Source: the human T2T-CHM13v2.0 reference genome, Homo sapiens
Strand: one strand, 5' to 3'
DNA length: 64,000 bases
NCBI RefSeq assembly: GCF_009914755.1
Contig: NC_060947.1
Shown: positions 39,465 through 62,260 of the stretch, piece after piece
Layout of the letters: every line of letters begins with the position of its first letter
Numbering within the stretch: position 1 is the first letter of the stretch
The notes under the pieces: generated by a model
Told to the model about the DNA's origin: nothing
What the model saw: the letters and a program-made list of their open reading frames with translations, nothing else
Databases searched by the model: none
Program-made: the position numbers and the translations under genes

Positions 39465-40080
<616 letters not shown>

Positions 40081-40589
40081 CAATAGTGCTTTTTGGCTGG
40101 AGACATTGAATCAATTTTATAACCTTTTCAGAGATTGATTAGGAGTCAGAACACTAACATTCTAGTTCCAGTTCTGTTACTTCACTGTGTAATAGTGAGC
40201 TAGTCCTTTCCTATGCATGGGCTTCAGTTTTCACATCTGCAAAATGATTTTGTGGGATGGGGTCAGAAGACAGTAGGAATATAGTTTCTAAGAACTTCTG
40301 GCTCAGATCATTTAGGAGATGAAGACACTTTGTAATCTGTGGGCAGTGTTGTTTCTTTGGGTAAAAGGCTGGAGGGTAGGAGCCCGCTGGGCCTGTTATG
40401 AGACCTTTCATCCTGCTGTCTTCCTCCTTAACTTTGTGAGGTACCCTTCCCAAGGAGCAGGGAACTTGGGCTTTCTGAAAACCTCAGAGGGACCCCATTT
40501 CTACCTCTCCTTACCAGCAACACTCAGGAAGCACCAGAACTATTTTGGATTGGAAGTTATTTAGCCAGATTCTGAGGTTGAAGTTCATG

Positions 40590-40895
40590 AAACAGAGACA
40601 GAATCAGAGAAGGAGAAGAGAGAGGCATAAAGGAAGAGGCAAAGAGACAGAGAAAAGAAAGAAAGAGGTGGGGTCGGGGGGAAGAGGGAAAGACTAAAGA
40701 GGAAAAAATGGAGGAGAGATAAAAATAGAGAGCAGGAATTAGAGACAGACAGAAACAGACAGAGACAGGAAGAAAAAGAAAGAAACACAGAGAGAGAAAC
40801 AGAAGAGAGAAAGAAACAGAGAAGGGAAGAGGAGAGAGGAGAGAAAAACAGGGGAAAAGAGACAGAAACAAGGAAAGACAGAGAGAGAGAAAAAA
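40590..40895. repeat. GA-rich purine low-complexity tract
   Basis: About 300 bp of gaga/gaaa/gaca units. Confidence 0.9.
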
Positions 40896-41437
40896 TATGA
40901 ATGAATATGATAATATGATAGTGGACATACCTAGTCCCAGGCAGCCGCATGAGAGAAGTTGCATAAAATCCTACGTCTTGAATAGGATCTAGAAGTGAAA
41001 GAACCCTTGAAAAAATCGAGGCCAGAGAGCAATTGAGCTTTGTTCATAGTCACACAGCAAGCTGGTGGAAGTGCCAGGACTCAAACCCAAGACTAGGATA
41101 GAGTAGTTCAAAACAGACTGGCCTGAGAGTCTAGAGGTCTTGAGGTTTGTCAGTCTGTCTTTGAGGGACTGCGGGCAATGTAATAACACAGGAAGAGTGC
41201 CAGCACATTGTCTGCTGCAGAAGAGGCACTGGCATCAGGGAGTTTTGCCCTCTTCCCCCATCAGCTTTCCTCTGAGGACGAAGACATACAACATACATGC
41301 ATGCCTATTAAGGCTGACTAGGGTAAGTTTGGTTCTATTACACAGCACTTTTGGGAGATTAGAGGCAGACTTCATGGAGGAGGTGACTTGTGGGTCAGGG
41401 CTTGAAGGATGAAAACAACAACCAAAATTTTAGTTGC

Positions 41438-42124
<687 letters not shown>

Positions 42125-44922
42125 TCAAGGGAATAGCACAAGGGGTAGGAGTGCTTGAAGAGGACATGAATAGGCAGCTAAGCAAGGTGTCATCTGCCTT
42201 CTGGAGGGCAGAGGGCATGAAAAAGGGGTCCCAGATTTTGGTCACCCCATGAATGACAGGTGTCTGGGTTGGCTTGTGATGACAGTGAGGAGGAAAGGGA
42301 GGCTTTTGAGAAGGGATGCAGTAAGAACAGGGTTGAGTTCTATGAAGATTCCCTCTGGCAGGCAGCCCTATGGAGGATGGATTGGAGAAAAGATACTGAC
42401 ATCAGGGAGCCGTGACAGATCTTTGCTGTTGTCCAGGTGACAGATAGGTAATAAGAATCTGATGTGGTGTGGTGGGGGTGGGTATAGATGCAGTGGTTTT
42501 GGGGGTGGCTTTCTAAGTTTCCTTTAGAGAAAACATAGGATCTGAATTTGGACCATTGTTGGGGGACTAAGGAGAGAGATGAGCAGAGGGCCAAAAAGCA
42601 GCCACCCAAAATTCCAGACAGGTAGCTGTCTTTTCCTAGCTTATGATTGGAGTGTGTGTGTCTTTTTAAAAATTTCTGTTGGCTGCTCTGAGAGTTTGTG
42701 TGTCTCCCAATGTTCGTGAGCAACCTCCTGCATATGCATCTGTGTATGGATGTGCGTCTCCAGGCGTCTAAATGCGTCTGTACCTTCCTCTGTGCGTGTT
42801 TCACCTAATCCATGCTGTGGTTAAACTGATCGGCTAAAGGAATGACTTCACATTGCTTCATGCATCTTAAAGTGCAGGAATAAGCATCTTTGCTCCCAAA
42901 CGTGCTTCTAAATTGTGTTTGCTAAGCTAGGCTGTGGTGCATTTGATTGACTAAAAGAGCTATTCCGAATTGCCTGTGCTCTGTGGCATAGCTACAGCTT
43001 GAAATCCTATTACTGCTGGCTACAGGAATTACCATAATGTGTTTGGCTTGATTTTCCAGACAATAATTTAGGACCTTGCCACCTCTCTATGCAGATCTAC
43101 ACAGCTAAATGAGAAGCGGAACTGGGAATCTTTTTTGCAAACAAAACTCTGGCCCATTAAGAACTCTCTGCTGCCTTGTGAAGGTAATAGGGAGGGGAAT
43201 GCAGTCTTAAAGGACCCCACAACCCTGATTATGGTTTGATTTTGCCCAGAGACAGAGATATGGAGTCCACATAGGCTTAAGGTCTCTTACAGAATTTAGA
43301 CCATTTTTTTTCATTTTATTTCCATTCCAGCCTGTGAAATGGCGAGTGTTCTCATCATGCTTTCTTCTCTTTCTCAAGAGCCGTCAGCTCTACCAAGCAC
43401 AGTAAGCTCTCAATAAGTATTTATTGCCTTGAAATTGAATTATAGCTGTCTAAGCCAAAACCCAGAGAAAAGGAGAAATTTATTCAAGATCTCACAGAGG
43501 AATTTGAACTTGAATCCTGGTTTCTGGATTTCCTGTCAAGAACTCTTGCAAAAATGTCATCCTGCCTTGTGATAGCTCAGGTTCAGACCTCTGGCAGTGG
43601 AGGGCTTATACTGCTCTGACCAACGTGTGACTGGGTCTAGTCTCTTTACCCCTCTGGGCCTCAGTGCTCTCATCTGCACTGTGTGAAGATTAGGCTACAA
43701 GGTATTCAGAGGGCCTTTCTAGTTCTGCTCCTAGGAATCTGTGACCAACACTGAGAATATAAACCTGTGGGCCCTTGGGTGGGGTGAGGAGGGGAGGAAG
43801 CAGTTGGGGCCTGCCTCATAAGCTGTGTGTCACACCTTCCTCCCTCTCCCCTGACTCCAAATCTCCATTAAAAGAAGTAGAATAACTTTTCCGGTTTGGG
43901 AAATCATTCTCTGACCCAAAAGCCATTGGGCCTCTGGAAAGTGGGACAGCGTGTCCAGCCCACAGCCTCTAAATGCCTTATAGGGCTAGAAAGGCCACGG
44001 TGGCTGGCTGGGCGGGTGGGAAATGGTTGGCTTGGAGAAGCTCCCCATTTCTGGAAGATCTAACCCTGGTGGGGAAGGGAGGTGACTGCCACTTAGCCCT
44101 GGCAGGTTGACAGGCTGGGCTGAACCAGTGTGTTCTGGAAAGGCCAGGAATGATGTCATGGGACACTTTGGGCTGCAACAACAGGAAACCACTGAGTGTT
44201 TACATTGGCTCTCAGAGCTCAGGCAGCCTGTTTTTTCTTCACTTCCTCAGTCTATCTGTTTCCTCTGATTCAAATACTATGAAGAGGGACTCATTGCCCA
44301 GGCCAGGGAAAGTGGAAAGGAGGCCCAAGAAGAAAGAGCCTCCTTCCCAGCCCAGAATGTCAGATGCTTGGGAGGGAAGGCCAGCTTTACCCTAGCTGGG
44401 CCCCTGCCAAGAATAGATCTTAGGGTAGGGAAGCAAGACAGTTAGGGCCTACTCTGAGCGTTCTACAGCTCCATGGATAGCAACTTCAAACTTCTTCCAA
44501 AGACCCAAGTTCTAAACTTGGAAGCCATCTTGTATTCTCTTCAGATCTAATCAGTTACCAAATCTTGTTAATTAAATCTAATTGATTCCATTTTAACCAA
44601 CAGTGGATTTGTGTGCAAACTGCTGTGTTGTGCTGTCTGTGTGTGGCAGGGGAGACAACACAGGTAGTGGGTGACATACAAAGATAAAAGAGTTCTTGCC
44701 CTCAGGGAATTAATGATAGAGTGACAGAGTAACAGTAGGATGTCCTCCATCTGTTTCCATCTCTTCATCTCCAAGGCTGCTGCTCCAGTTCAGGAACACC
44801 CATCATTTCCCAGCTGTATGCAACAGTCTTTTAATGGGCCTCCCTGTTTCCAGTCTTTCCCCTCCCATGCTTCCTTCATAATTATATTGAAGTGACTCCG
44901 ATATAATTATGGAGGAATGCTC

Positions 44923-44972
44923 TCCAGCTCCACTCTCCAGCTCCACTCTCCAGCTCCACTCTCCAGCTCCAC
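44923..44972. repeat. 13-bp tandem repeat (CTCCAGCTCCACT), about 4 copies
   Basis: Read directly. Confidence 0.9.
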
Positions 44973-45444
44973 GCTCTCTCATCAAGCCTCCTAGATGGTG
45001 TGGCAGGGTGGCTTTGAGTTTTGTCTCGGTGTCAGGCAGACCTGGGTTTGAGTGGGTACCTTACCATTCACTATTGGCTGTGTGACAGTGGGCAGTGGCT
45101 TTGCTTTTCCAAACAGCTATTTGTCTAGCTTTAGCTTCTTTATTGACAAAATGAAGATAAATTCTACCTCACGGGGCTGTTGTGAGAATTAAATGAAATA
45201 ATGTATGTATGGTGCCCCATACAGAGTTAACACTTGATAAATGGCAGTTCTAATTACCATGCCTCAGATGTGTCATGTTCATTTCTATCTCAGCTCCTTT
45301 ATGCCATCTGAAACAGGCTCCTTTCTCTTAAAGACTACTGTAACTGGTAGGAACCTTAGAGACCATATAGAGGAGTCTGATTACCCCTACTGAGGCCAGG
45401 GAGGGGAAACAACGTGCTCAAGGTTACACAGAAAGTGAATTCCA

Positions 45445-45745
<301 letters not shown>

Positions 45746-45964
45746 GAAAATGAATTCCAGAACCACAACTAAAACACTTTACAAATGTTAACTCATTTTA
45801 TCTTAACAGCAGCCCTGTAAGGTCGGTAGTAGGGGTAGTATGTACTATTATTAGATCCATTTAATAGATGAAAGGACAGGCTCAGATAGGTTAGGTAACT
45901 TGCCTAAGGTCATGCACCTGGAAATGACAGATCCAGGTTATGAATCTAAGTAGTCTGACCTCAA

Positions 45965-46095
45965 GCAGCTGAGCACTTGAAATGTGATTACTGTGACTAA
46001 GGAATTTAATTTCTAATAATAATTTATTTTAATAAATCTAAAGTTAAAATGTAATAGCCACTTGAAGCTAATGGCTACCATGTTGGACAGGATGG
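45965..46095. mobile_element. MER3-like hAT DNA transposon fragment
   Basis: gagcacttgaaatgtg...aatagccac...ggctaccatgttggacag as recalled for MER3. Confidence 0.6.
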
Positions 46096-46263
46096 TTCTA
46101 GATTATAGGGCTTCTTCAGACTCCGGAAGAATAAGAGCCATATCTAATAAACTTTTATGTCATTACAGTGCCCAGCACTGTGCATGACATATCTACCATT
46201 ATGTTCAAATTCAGTTATGTTAGCAGGCTCTTGTGATCCAGGCAAAAAGTGAGCCTACAATAT

Positions 46264-46375
46264 AGTAGTCACAGTCAAGAGGGACAGAAGGGAACATATT
46301 TGAGAGATCATTATTAACAACGTGGTAGTCACAGTCAAGAGAGACAGAAGGGGACATATTTGAGAGATCATTGTT
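46264..46375. repeat. Two-copy tandem duplication with a period of about 60 bp
   Basis: gtagtcacagtcaagag(g/a)gacagaaggg(a/g)acatatttgagagatcatt occurs twice. Confidence 0.9.
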
Positions 46376-46659
46376 ATCACTATCACCATCATCACCATTA
46401 TCATAGTAAAATTAATAGGTAATTAAGTACTTATGTGCCAGGCAACTGGTTTAGGTGCTTTACATAGATTAATTCATTTGATTCTTACAACAACTTTATG
46501 AAGTAGGCTTAGGTACCATTACCATCATTCCCATTTTGCAGGTAAGGGAATGAGGCACAGAAAGTTGAAGTGACTAGTAAGTTGCAGAGCCAGGATATAA
46601 GCCAAGGCAGGCTGGTTTTAGAAACCAATGTCTTAACAACTACTCTATATCATGCACTG

Positions 46660-48330
46660 GAGCAGAGGACAGATGTCCAGGGAGCAATATGACAGCTTTG
46701 GTTTGGTTCATGGTAGGGTTGTGGTGCACGTGGGATGTCCAGAGGGAGATAGCCAGTAGATGGCTGGCCATGTGGGTTTCAAGCTCAGAGAAGAGTGCAG
46801 GGTTAGAGATAGAATATTTGAAATCATCAGCATAAAGATGGCAGTTGAAGCCACAGGAAACCATGTCATCCCACAGGGAAAGTGTGCGGTGTTAATAGAG
46901 GTTAGGAAACACTATGCATCAACATAAAGGAGGGATTCTCTGATAGTGGATTTCAGGTAGAATGAATAGGCTCCTTCTGAAGGTGGCAGCAGATCAGAAA
47001 TAAGCATAGGGAACAAGAAGGGCAGAGAAAGGGATTGAACTAAACATCTTTCCCCCAAATCTGCTCTTCTCTAGTGGTCTCTACCTCAGTGAATGGCTCC
47101 ACCATCAACATAATTGGACAAACCCAGAACCTGGGGATCACCTCTAACTCTTCCATCTCCTTCACCTGTCATATTCAATCTATTATCAAAGTCCATTGGC
47201 TCTTTTCAAAATTTATCCTGAACCTAACCTCTTCTGCCCACCTCCACCACCACTACCCTTGTCTAAGCCATCATCACACTTCACCTATATGACTGAAGTG
47301 GCCTCCTTCCTGGTCTCCCTGCTTCCATACTTACCTCCCTACAGTCAATGCTCAACCCAGCATTCAGAGTGATCATGTTAAAAACAAAAGTCGGTTTATG
47401 TCATTCCTCTGTTCGCACCTAGCCCATGGCTTCTCCAGCACACTCAGGACTTACAATCCTATTAAAGATGCCTCAGCCTCTGTCCTGGGCTCCAGATTAA
47501 TGTTTGACATCTCCATGTGATAAATTACCATTTGATAATTTGACATCTCCATTTGGTTTGACCTTTCCGTTTGGTAAATTACCATTTGGTAAATTCTCCA
47601 TTTACCACTGGTAAATCAAAGACAGCCAAAACAGAACATTGCCACTCCAAAGCTTGTTCCTACACAATCTTTCCTGCCAAAGAAACATGGCACCATCATC
47701 CACCCAGGTAGCAAGCCAGAAATCTAAGCGTTAGCTTTGCCTCCTCTTTCTTATTACCCCTAACCATTCAGCCTATCGGCAAGTCCTGCTACACTCAGAA
47801 TATATCCCTAACACATCCACCTCTCTCTTCATTTACTTCCCACCAATCCAGTCCAAGTCCCTATCATCTGTCAACTGGATGACTTGCCCTAGCCTCCTTA
47901 CAGGTCTCCTGGCTTCTACCCTTGCCCCCTACAACCCATTCTTTACAATAAATCCAGAAGAATCTTTGTAAAACATAGATCATGCTAATCCCCTGCATGA
48001 AACTCTCCAGTGTCTTTCCATCACATGAGGACCACAAGCCAAATTTTTTGCTATAGCCCAAAAGAGCCTACATGATCTAGTCCCTGCAAATGTTTCCAAC
48101 TCCTTCTCCTACTACTCACTCCTTTTCTCACCGTGATTCAGCCACTCTGATCATTTTTCTGGTATTTGAACAGCTCAAACCCATCACCACCTCCTCTCCT
48201 TACTAATCACCTGATTCACTCCTTCCTCAGGCATCAGCTCAGATATTCACTGGCTCTGAGAGACTCTTTTCCATATCCCAGACTAAGAAATTCCTTCTGT
48301 GTGTCACTCTCACAGCATCCCGTCATTCTC
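46660..48330. mobile_element. Degraded L2 LINE fragments in both orientations
   Basis: L2 3' phrases (agtcatcagcata-like, gaatggctccaccatc, tggtctccctgcttcca, cagagtgatc). Boundaries approximate. Confidence 0.6.
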
Positions 48331-48387
48331 CTTCACAGCGTTAAGCCTAGGTTCAATCGTTAATTTCATTAATTGATTAATCAATCA

Positions 48388-49153
<766 letters not shown>

Positions 49154-52034
49154 TGATCATCAATTTAATTACTAGATTGTAACCTCCATGAGAACAGGGA
49201 CTGTCCATCGTAGAATTCTGTCCCATATGCCTAACACAGTAGCTGCAATATAGTATTAATTCATTTGCTTATTCATTCATGCAAAACTATTTATCAAACA
49301 GTCACTATTTGCAAGTTACTGTTCTAGGAGCTTGAGGTACAAAACAGACATAAATGACTTGCCTTCATGGAGCTTATATTCCAGTGGGTCACACACTGAG
49401 TGGCAGGAATTATATTTGATATTTATTGGATCTGTGATATTAAGCCTGAGTAGAACTGTATTACTTAGTTTATTCATTTATTCAACAAACATCTAATGAG
49501 TATTTTCAATGGACCAGGTATTTTATACATCTTTTCATTTAATCCGTGAAATAACCCTGTGAGAGAGATATCACTAGCCCCATTTCTAAGAGAGAGAAAT
49601 TGAGGCGAGAGAAGTTTAGCAACTTGCCTTAGGTTAAGTAGTAAGCAGTCAAGTGCATGTAGTTTGACCACAAAGCTTGCCAGCTTACTCATCACACTAT
49701 AACATACTGCTTTTGACAAGTCAGTTCTGGCTCTAAAATGATACAAAGGAACCCCTGCAGGGCCTCTGACCCAGAGGGAGATCTTGAGAAAATGAAGCTA
49801 TGGAGAAAACTCCCAGCCTACACCAAGCCTGATATAACCCCGATGTACTCTCCATTCCTTGTGGTGATAGAGTAGACCTCATAACTGGGTTTCCTTTGAC
49901 AGATGGGGAAAATAGAGACACAGGGTCAGGGAAGGAGTCACCCAAAGGCACATTTAGCAGTGAAGAAAGACCCTGGCACCCTTGTATTCATGATATCATA
50001 GAATAAGGCACTGAGAGTTAACTTCAGGAAGGAGACCAGTGGTGGTGGCTACAGAACAAGTACCCAATTGTCAATCTTAAGCCTGGGTTCTTGGGTAAGG
50101 TCCTGTCTCCATGCCTTTATGTGAACCCAGGAGGTCTTTGCTATTCCAGACCATTCCCTGCCCTCACTTCCAATTCTGCCCTATCCTGAGCCAAATGTTT
50201 GAAAGACAGGAGGCAGGGGACATGGTTCTGGGGCTCAACCTCTCCCACCATAAAGGCAAATATAAGGAAAAGTCACTGGGCGTGGTGACACATGCTTGTA
50301 ATTGTTGCTACTCAGGAGGTTGAGGCAGGAGGATCACTTGAGCCCAAGTGATCTGCCCAAGTGAGCCCAAGACTCTGTCTCAATTAAAATTAAGAAATAA
50401 AAAGATACAAGGAAATGTATTCAACACTGAAAGGGAGGCAGGGTGCAAGGGCAGGTGGAAAGGGGCATAGCCCTACCAGACTGCCCTTCCCTGAGGTGCA
50501 GGACAAAGCTCTGTCTGTGTAGTCATCTCTGCGAACTGATTCCAAATGCCACGGTGTGGGGCAGACAAACAAGGAAAGGGGGTGGGAAGGATTTACAATC
50601 TTTGGATATGGGCTGGGCAGAGCCTGTCAGTCGGTATGAGACTGTGTGTGAGTTAAATGAAGACAGTTTTGCATGGAGACAGGGCAGGCCTGGGAGAGGA
50701 GGAGAAAGGGAGGAGCATGAGGCAGGGTGAGTGAAGAACCTCTGTACCCAGTTTTGTTGCTAGAACACAGTTGTGACTGTGTATTTCTAGGAGATGTGTT
50801 CATACCTGAGTGGGTAGGTGGAAGGTAGGGCTTATTTATGCAAGGCCCATGCAGGAATATGTGTATGTGAGGTGTGTGTGTGTGTGTGTGTATGCGAAGT
50901 GTCAGGGGAGGGAAAGTTGTGGGTGTCAGTGTCCTTGTAAAGTCAGTCTGGATGTGCATTTCAGTTTTTGTGTGGAATGCAAGAAACACAGGATATAGGC
51001 AGGCAGTGTGTATCGGGGAGATTTTATATGTGAGACATGTAAGGGGAAAATGGGGCTAAGCATGCAGTGTGTGCTGAGGGTTATGGGGAACATTGAGGTG
51101 AGGTGTTGGCAGAGTACATGGCATGCTGTCTGTGTGGAGTAAACAAGAGCTTTGGAATGGTCTAAGTGTACCAGGCATTCTCAGTAACCTCAGCCATGTC
51201 TCTCTGAACCTCAGCTTCTCTGCTGAAAAAGGATAAGCCCCACCCACATACAGGGTTGTATAAAAATTCAGTGAGTTAATCAATGAGAATTGTCCTGCTC
51301 ACAATAGGTGCTCAAGAAATGGTTACTACCATGATTCTGGTTGTGAAGTGAAATTGCCAACACCTGAGACAGAGCTCATTAAATGTCTACCAAACTGAAG
51401 AATAAATGACTTCTTGGTTTGGTTTTGCCTGCTTAACACCAAAAAGCCAATTGGTAACTTAACTGGGGCTTGTATTAGCTCATTATTTTTTATTCATTTA
51501 TATTTTATTTTTTATTATATTTATAGCTCCAGGGCTCTCAATGAGAGCCCTGGAGCTATATATACAAAGTCCCTGAAGGTGTTGGTGGGGAGTAGGGAAG
51601 GGAAGAGATTGTTGGAAAGCCAATCAGACAGGCCTGGGCAAAAACCAGGGGAAGAGGCCAAGAACACTCTATGCACCCAAGGAACTGAGTCAAGGAGAAG
51701 TAAAAGCCAGTGAAGTGTCCAGAATGCAAGGGGATATAGGGTTTCCATGCCTACCCTGGGCTCCGTTATTCCAAGGCAGCTCTTGAGTTTAAGGCTCAGG
51801 CCTGCCCAGAACAAGGCAAAATTGACCTCTTAAAGAGCAGAGGAAAGGGAGGGGCAGAGACTGCTTGTACAGGAAATGCCCATTGCTATGAACTTGATCA
51901 CATATAAAGCACGTAGCTCTACAACCTAGTCTCTAGGGCTTGACCCAAGCCAGGGCTCAGCAAGTGGTCATGGAGAACAGAAGCCACATAGTCCCAGGGC
52001 CATAACAGTATTAAGGATAAAGAGTAGATTTCCT

Positions 52035-52443
<409 letters not shown>

Positions 52444-52499
52444 TTACAATAGATTATAGCCATAAGAATTATATTTATTGTACCCGTTATTACCATTTT

Positions 52500-55279
<2,780 letters not shown>

Positions 55280-55317
55280 ATGGTGTTTTTTTTTTTTGGG
55301 GGGGGGTACGATACAAC

Positions 55318-57100
55318 TTTTTTTTATATATACTTTAAGTTCTGGGATACATGGGCAGAATGTGCAGGTTTGTTACGTAGATATACATATGCCATGGTGG
55401 TTTGCTGCACCCATCAACTCGCCATCTACGTTAGGTATTTCTCCTAATGTTATCCCTCCCCTTGCCCCCAACCCCCAACAGGCCTCAGTGTGTGATGTTC
55501 CCTGTGTCCATGTGTTCTCATTGTTCAATTCCCACTTATGAGTGAGAACATGCTGTGTTTGATTTTCTGTTCCTGTGTTAGTTTGCTGAGAATGATGGTT
55601 TCCAGCTTCATCTATGCCCCTGCAAAGGACATGAACTCATTCTTTTTTATGGATGCATAGTATTCCATTGTGTATATGTGCCATGTTTTCTTCATCCAGT
55701 TTATCATTGATGGGCATTTGGGTTGGTTCCAAGTCTATGCTCTTGCAAATAGTGCTGCAATAAACATATGTGTGCATGTGTCTTTATAGCAGAATGATTT
55801 ATAATACTTTGGGAATATACCCAGTAATGGATTGCTGGGTCAAATGGTATTTCTGCTTCTAGATCCTTCAGGAATCGCCACATTGTCTTCCACAATGGTT
55901 GAACTAATTTTCACTCCCACCAACAGTGTAAAAGCATTTCTATTTCTCCACATCCTCTACAGCATCTGTTTCCTGACGTTTTAATGATTGCCATTCTAAC
56001 TAGTATGAGAAGGTATCTCATTGTGGTTTTGATTTGCATTTCTCTAATGACCGGTGATGATGATCTTTTTTTCATAAGTTTGTTGACAGCACAAATGTCT
56101 TCTTTTGAGAAGTATCTGTTCATGTCCTCTGCTCACTTTTTGATGGGGTTGTTTGATTTTTCTTATAAATCTGTTTAAGTTCTTTGTATAGTCTGGATAT
56201 TAGCCCTTTGTTGAATGGATAGATTGCAAAAATTTTCTCCCATTCTGTAGGTTGCCTGTTCACTCTGATGATAGTTTCTTTTGCTGTGCAGAAGCTCGTT
56301 AGTTTAATTAGATCCCATTTGTCAATTTTGGCTTTTGTTGCAATTGCTTTTGGTGTTTTAGTCATGAAGTCTTTGCCTATGTCTATGTCCTGAATGGTAT
56401 TGCCTAGGTTTTCTTCTAGGGTTTTTATGGTTTTAGGTCTTACATTTAGGTCCTTATTCATCTTGAGTTAATCTTTGTATAAGGTGTAAGGAAGAGGTCC
56501 AGTTTCAGTTTTCTGCATATGGCTAGCCAGTTTTCCCAACACCATTTATTAAATAGGGAATCCTTTCCCCATTGCTTGTTTTTGTCAGGTTTGTCAAAGA
56601 TCAGATGGTTGTAGATATGTAGTTTTATTTCTGAGACCTCTGTTCTGTTCCATTGGTCTATATATCTGTTTTGGTACCAGTACCATGTTGTTTTGGTTAC
56701 TGTAGCCTGGTATTATAGTTTGAAGTCAGCAAGTGTGATGCCTCCAGCTTTGTTCTTTTTGCTTAGGATTTTCTTGGTTATACGGGCTCTTTTTTTCTTC
56801 CATATAAAATTTAAAGTAGTTTTTTTTCTAATTTTGTGGAGAAAGTCAATGGTAGCTTAATGGGGATAGCATTGAAGCTATAAATTACTTTGGACAGTAT
56901 GGCCATATTCATGATATTCTTTCTTCCTATCCATGAGCATGGAATGTTTTTCCCTTTGTTGTGTCCTCTTATTTCCTTGAGCAGTGGTTTGTAATTCTCC
57001 TTGAAGAGGTCCTTCACATCCCTTGTAAGTTGTATTCCTAGGTATTTTATTCTCTTGTAGCAATTGTGAATCAGAGTTCATTCATGATTTGACTCTCTGT
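55318..57100 (-). mobile_element. 3'-terminal 1.8 kb of an older L1PA element
   Basis: Frameshifted ORF2 C-terminal fragments ([15 protein letters not shown]) and a 3'UTR of the same style as the L1 at 5-12 kb. Confidence 0.92.
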
Positions 57101-57353
57101 TTTTTTTTTTCTTTTATTTATTTATTTATTTTTTCTTTTTTTTTTTTAATTATACTTTAAGTTTTAGGGTACATGTGCACATTGTGCAGGTTAGTTACAA
57201 ATGTATACATGTGCCATGCTGGTGCACTGCACCCACTAACTCGTCATCTAGCATTAGGTATATCTCCCGATGCTATCCCTCCCCCCTCCCCCCACCCCAC
57301 AACAGTCCCCAGAGTGTGATATTCCCCTTCCTGTGTCCATGTGATCTCATTGT

Positions 57354-61180
<3,827 letters not shown>

Positions 61181-61243
61181 TATGATGTTAGCTGGTGATT
61201 TTGCTCGTTAGTTGATGCAGTTTCTTCCTAGTCTTGATGGTCT

Positions 61244-62260
61244 TTATATTTTGGCATGATTTTGCAGTGGCTGGTACCGGTTGTTCCTTTCCATGTTTAG
61301 TGCTTCCTTCAGGAGCTCTTGTAAGGCAGGCCTGGTGGTGACAAAATCTCTCAGCATTTGCTTGTCTATAAAGTATTTTATTTCTCCTTCACTTATGAAG
61401 CTTAGTTTGGCTGGATATGAAATTCTGGGTTGAAAATTCTTTTCTTTAAGAATGTTGAATATTGGCCCCCACTCTCTTCTGGCTTGTAGGGTTTCTGCCG
61501 AGAGATCTGCTGTTAGTCTGATGGGCTTCCCTTTGAGGGTAACCCGACCTTTCTCTCTGGCTGCCCTTAACATTTTTTCCTTCATTTCAACTTTGGTGAA
61601 TCTGACAATTATGTGTCTTGGAGTTGCTCTTCTCGAGGAGTATCTTCGTGGCATTCTCTGTATTTCCTGAATCTGAACGTTGGCCTGCCTTGCTAGATTG
61701 GGGAAGTTCTCCTGGATAATATCCTGCAGAGTGTTTTCCAACTTGATTCCATTCTCCACATCACTTTCAGGTACACCAATCAGACGTAGATTTGGTCTTT
61801 TCACATAGTCCCATATTTCTTGGAGGCTTTGTTCATTTCTTTTTATTCTTTTTTCTCTAAACTTCCCTTCTCGCTTCATTTCATTCATTTCATCTTCCAT
61901 CGCTGATACCCTTTCTTCCAGTTGATCGCATCGGCTCCTGAGGCTTCTGCATTCTTCTCGTAGTTCTCGAGCCTTGGTTTTCAGCTCCATCAGCTCCTTT
62001 AAGCACTTCTCTGTATTGGTTATTCTAGTTATACATTCTTCTAAATTTTTTTCAAAGTTTTCAACTTCTTTGCCTTTGGTTTGAATGTCCTCCCGTAGCT
62101 CAGAGCAATTTGATCGTCTGAAGCCTTCTTCTCTCAGCTCGTCAAAGTCATTCTCCATCCAGCTTTGTTCCGTTGCTGGTGAGGAACTGCGTTCCTTTGG
62201 AGGAGGAGAGGTGCTCTGCTTTTTAGAGTTTCCAGTTCTTCTGTTCCGTTTTTTCCCCAT
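61244..62260 (-). CDS. LINE-1 ORF1p RNA-binding chaperone (open 338-aa frame)
   Basis: MGKKRNRRTGNSK...coiled coil...REKG, ARR and YPAKLS motifs present; canonical length. Confidence 0.93.
   Translation of the reverse strand: MGKKRNRRTGNSKKQSTSPPPKERSSSPATEQSWMENDFDELREEGFRRSNCSELREDIQTKGKEVENFEKNLEECITRITNTEKCLKELMELKTKARELREECRSLRSRCDQLEERVSAMEDEMNEMKREGKFREKRIKRNEQSLQEIWDYVKRPNLRLIGVPESDVENGIKLENTLQDIIQENFPNLARQANVQIQEIQRMPRRYSSRRATPRHIIVRFTKVEMKEKMLRAAREKGRVTLKGKPIRLTADLSAETLQARREWGPIFNILKEKNFQPRISYPAKLSFISEGEIKYFIDKQMLRDFVTTRPALQELLKEALNMERNNRYQPLQNHAKI

Noticed and set aside
40557-40964. Hydrophobic Ser/Leu/Phe-rich ORFs resembling membrane proteins
   Set aside because: Artefact of translating the CT strand of a GA-rich repeat.
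51500-51760. TATA-like ctatatatac followed by purine-rich sequence as a promoter
   Set aside because: Single weak motif with no supporting ORF or splice structure.
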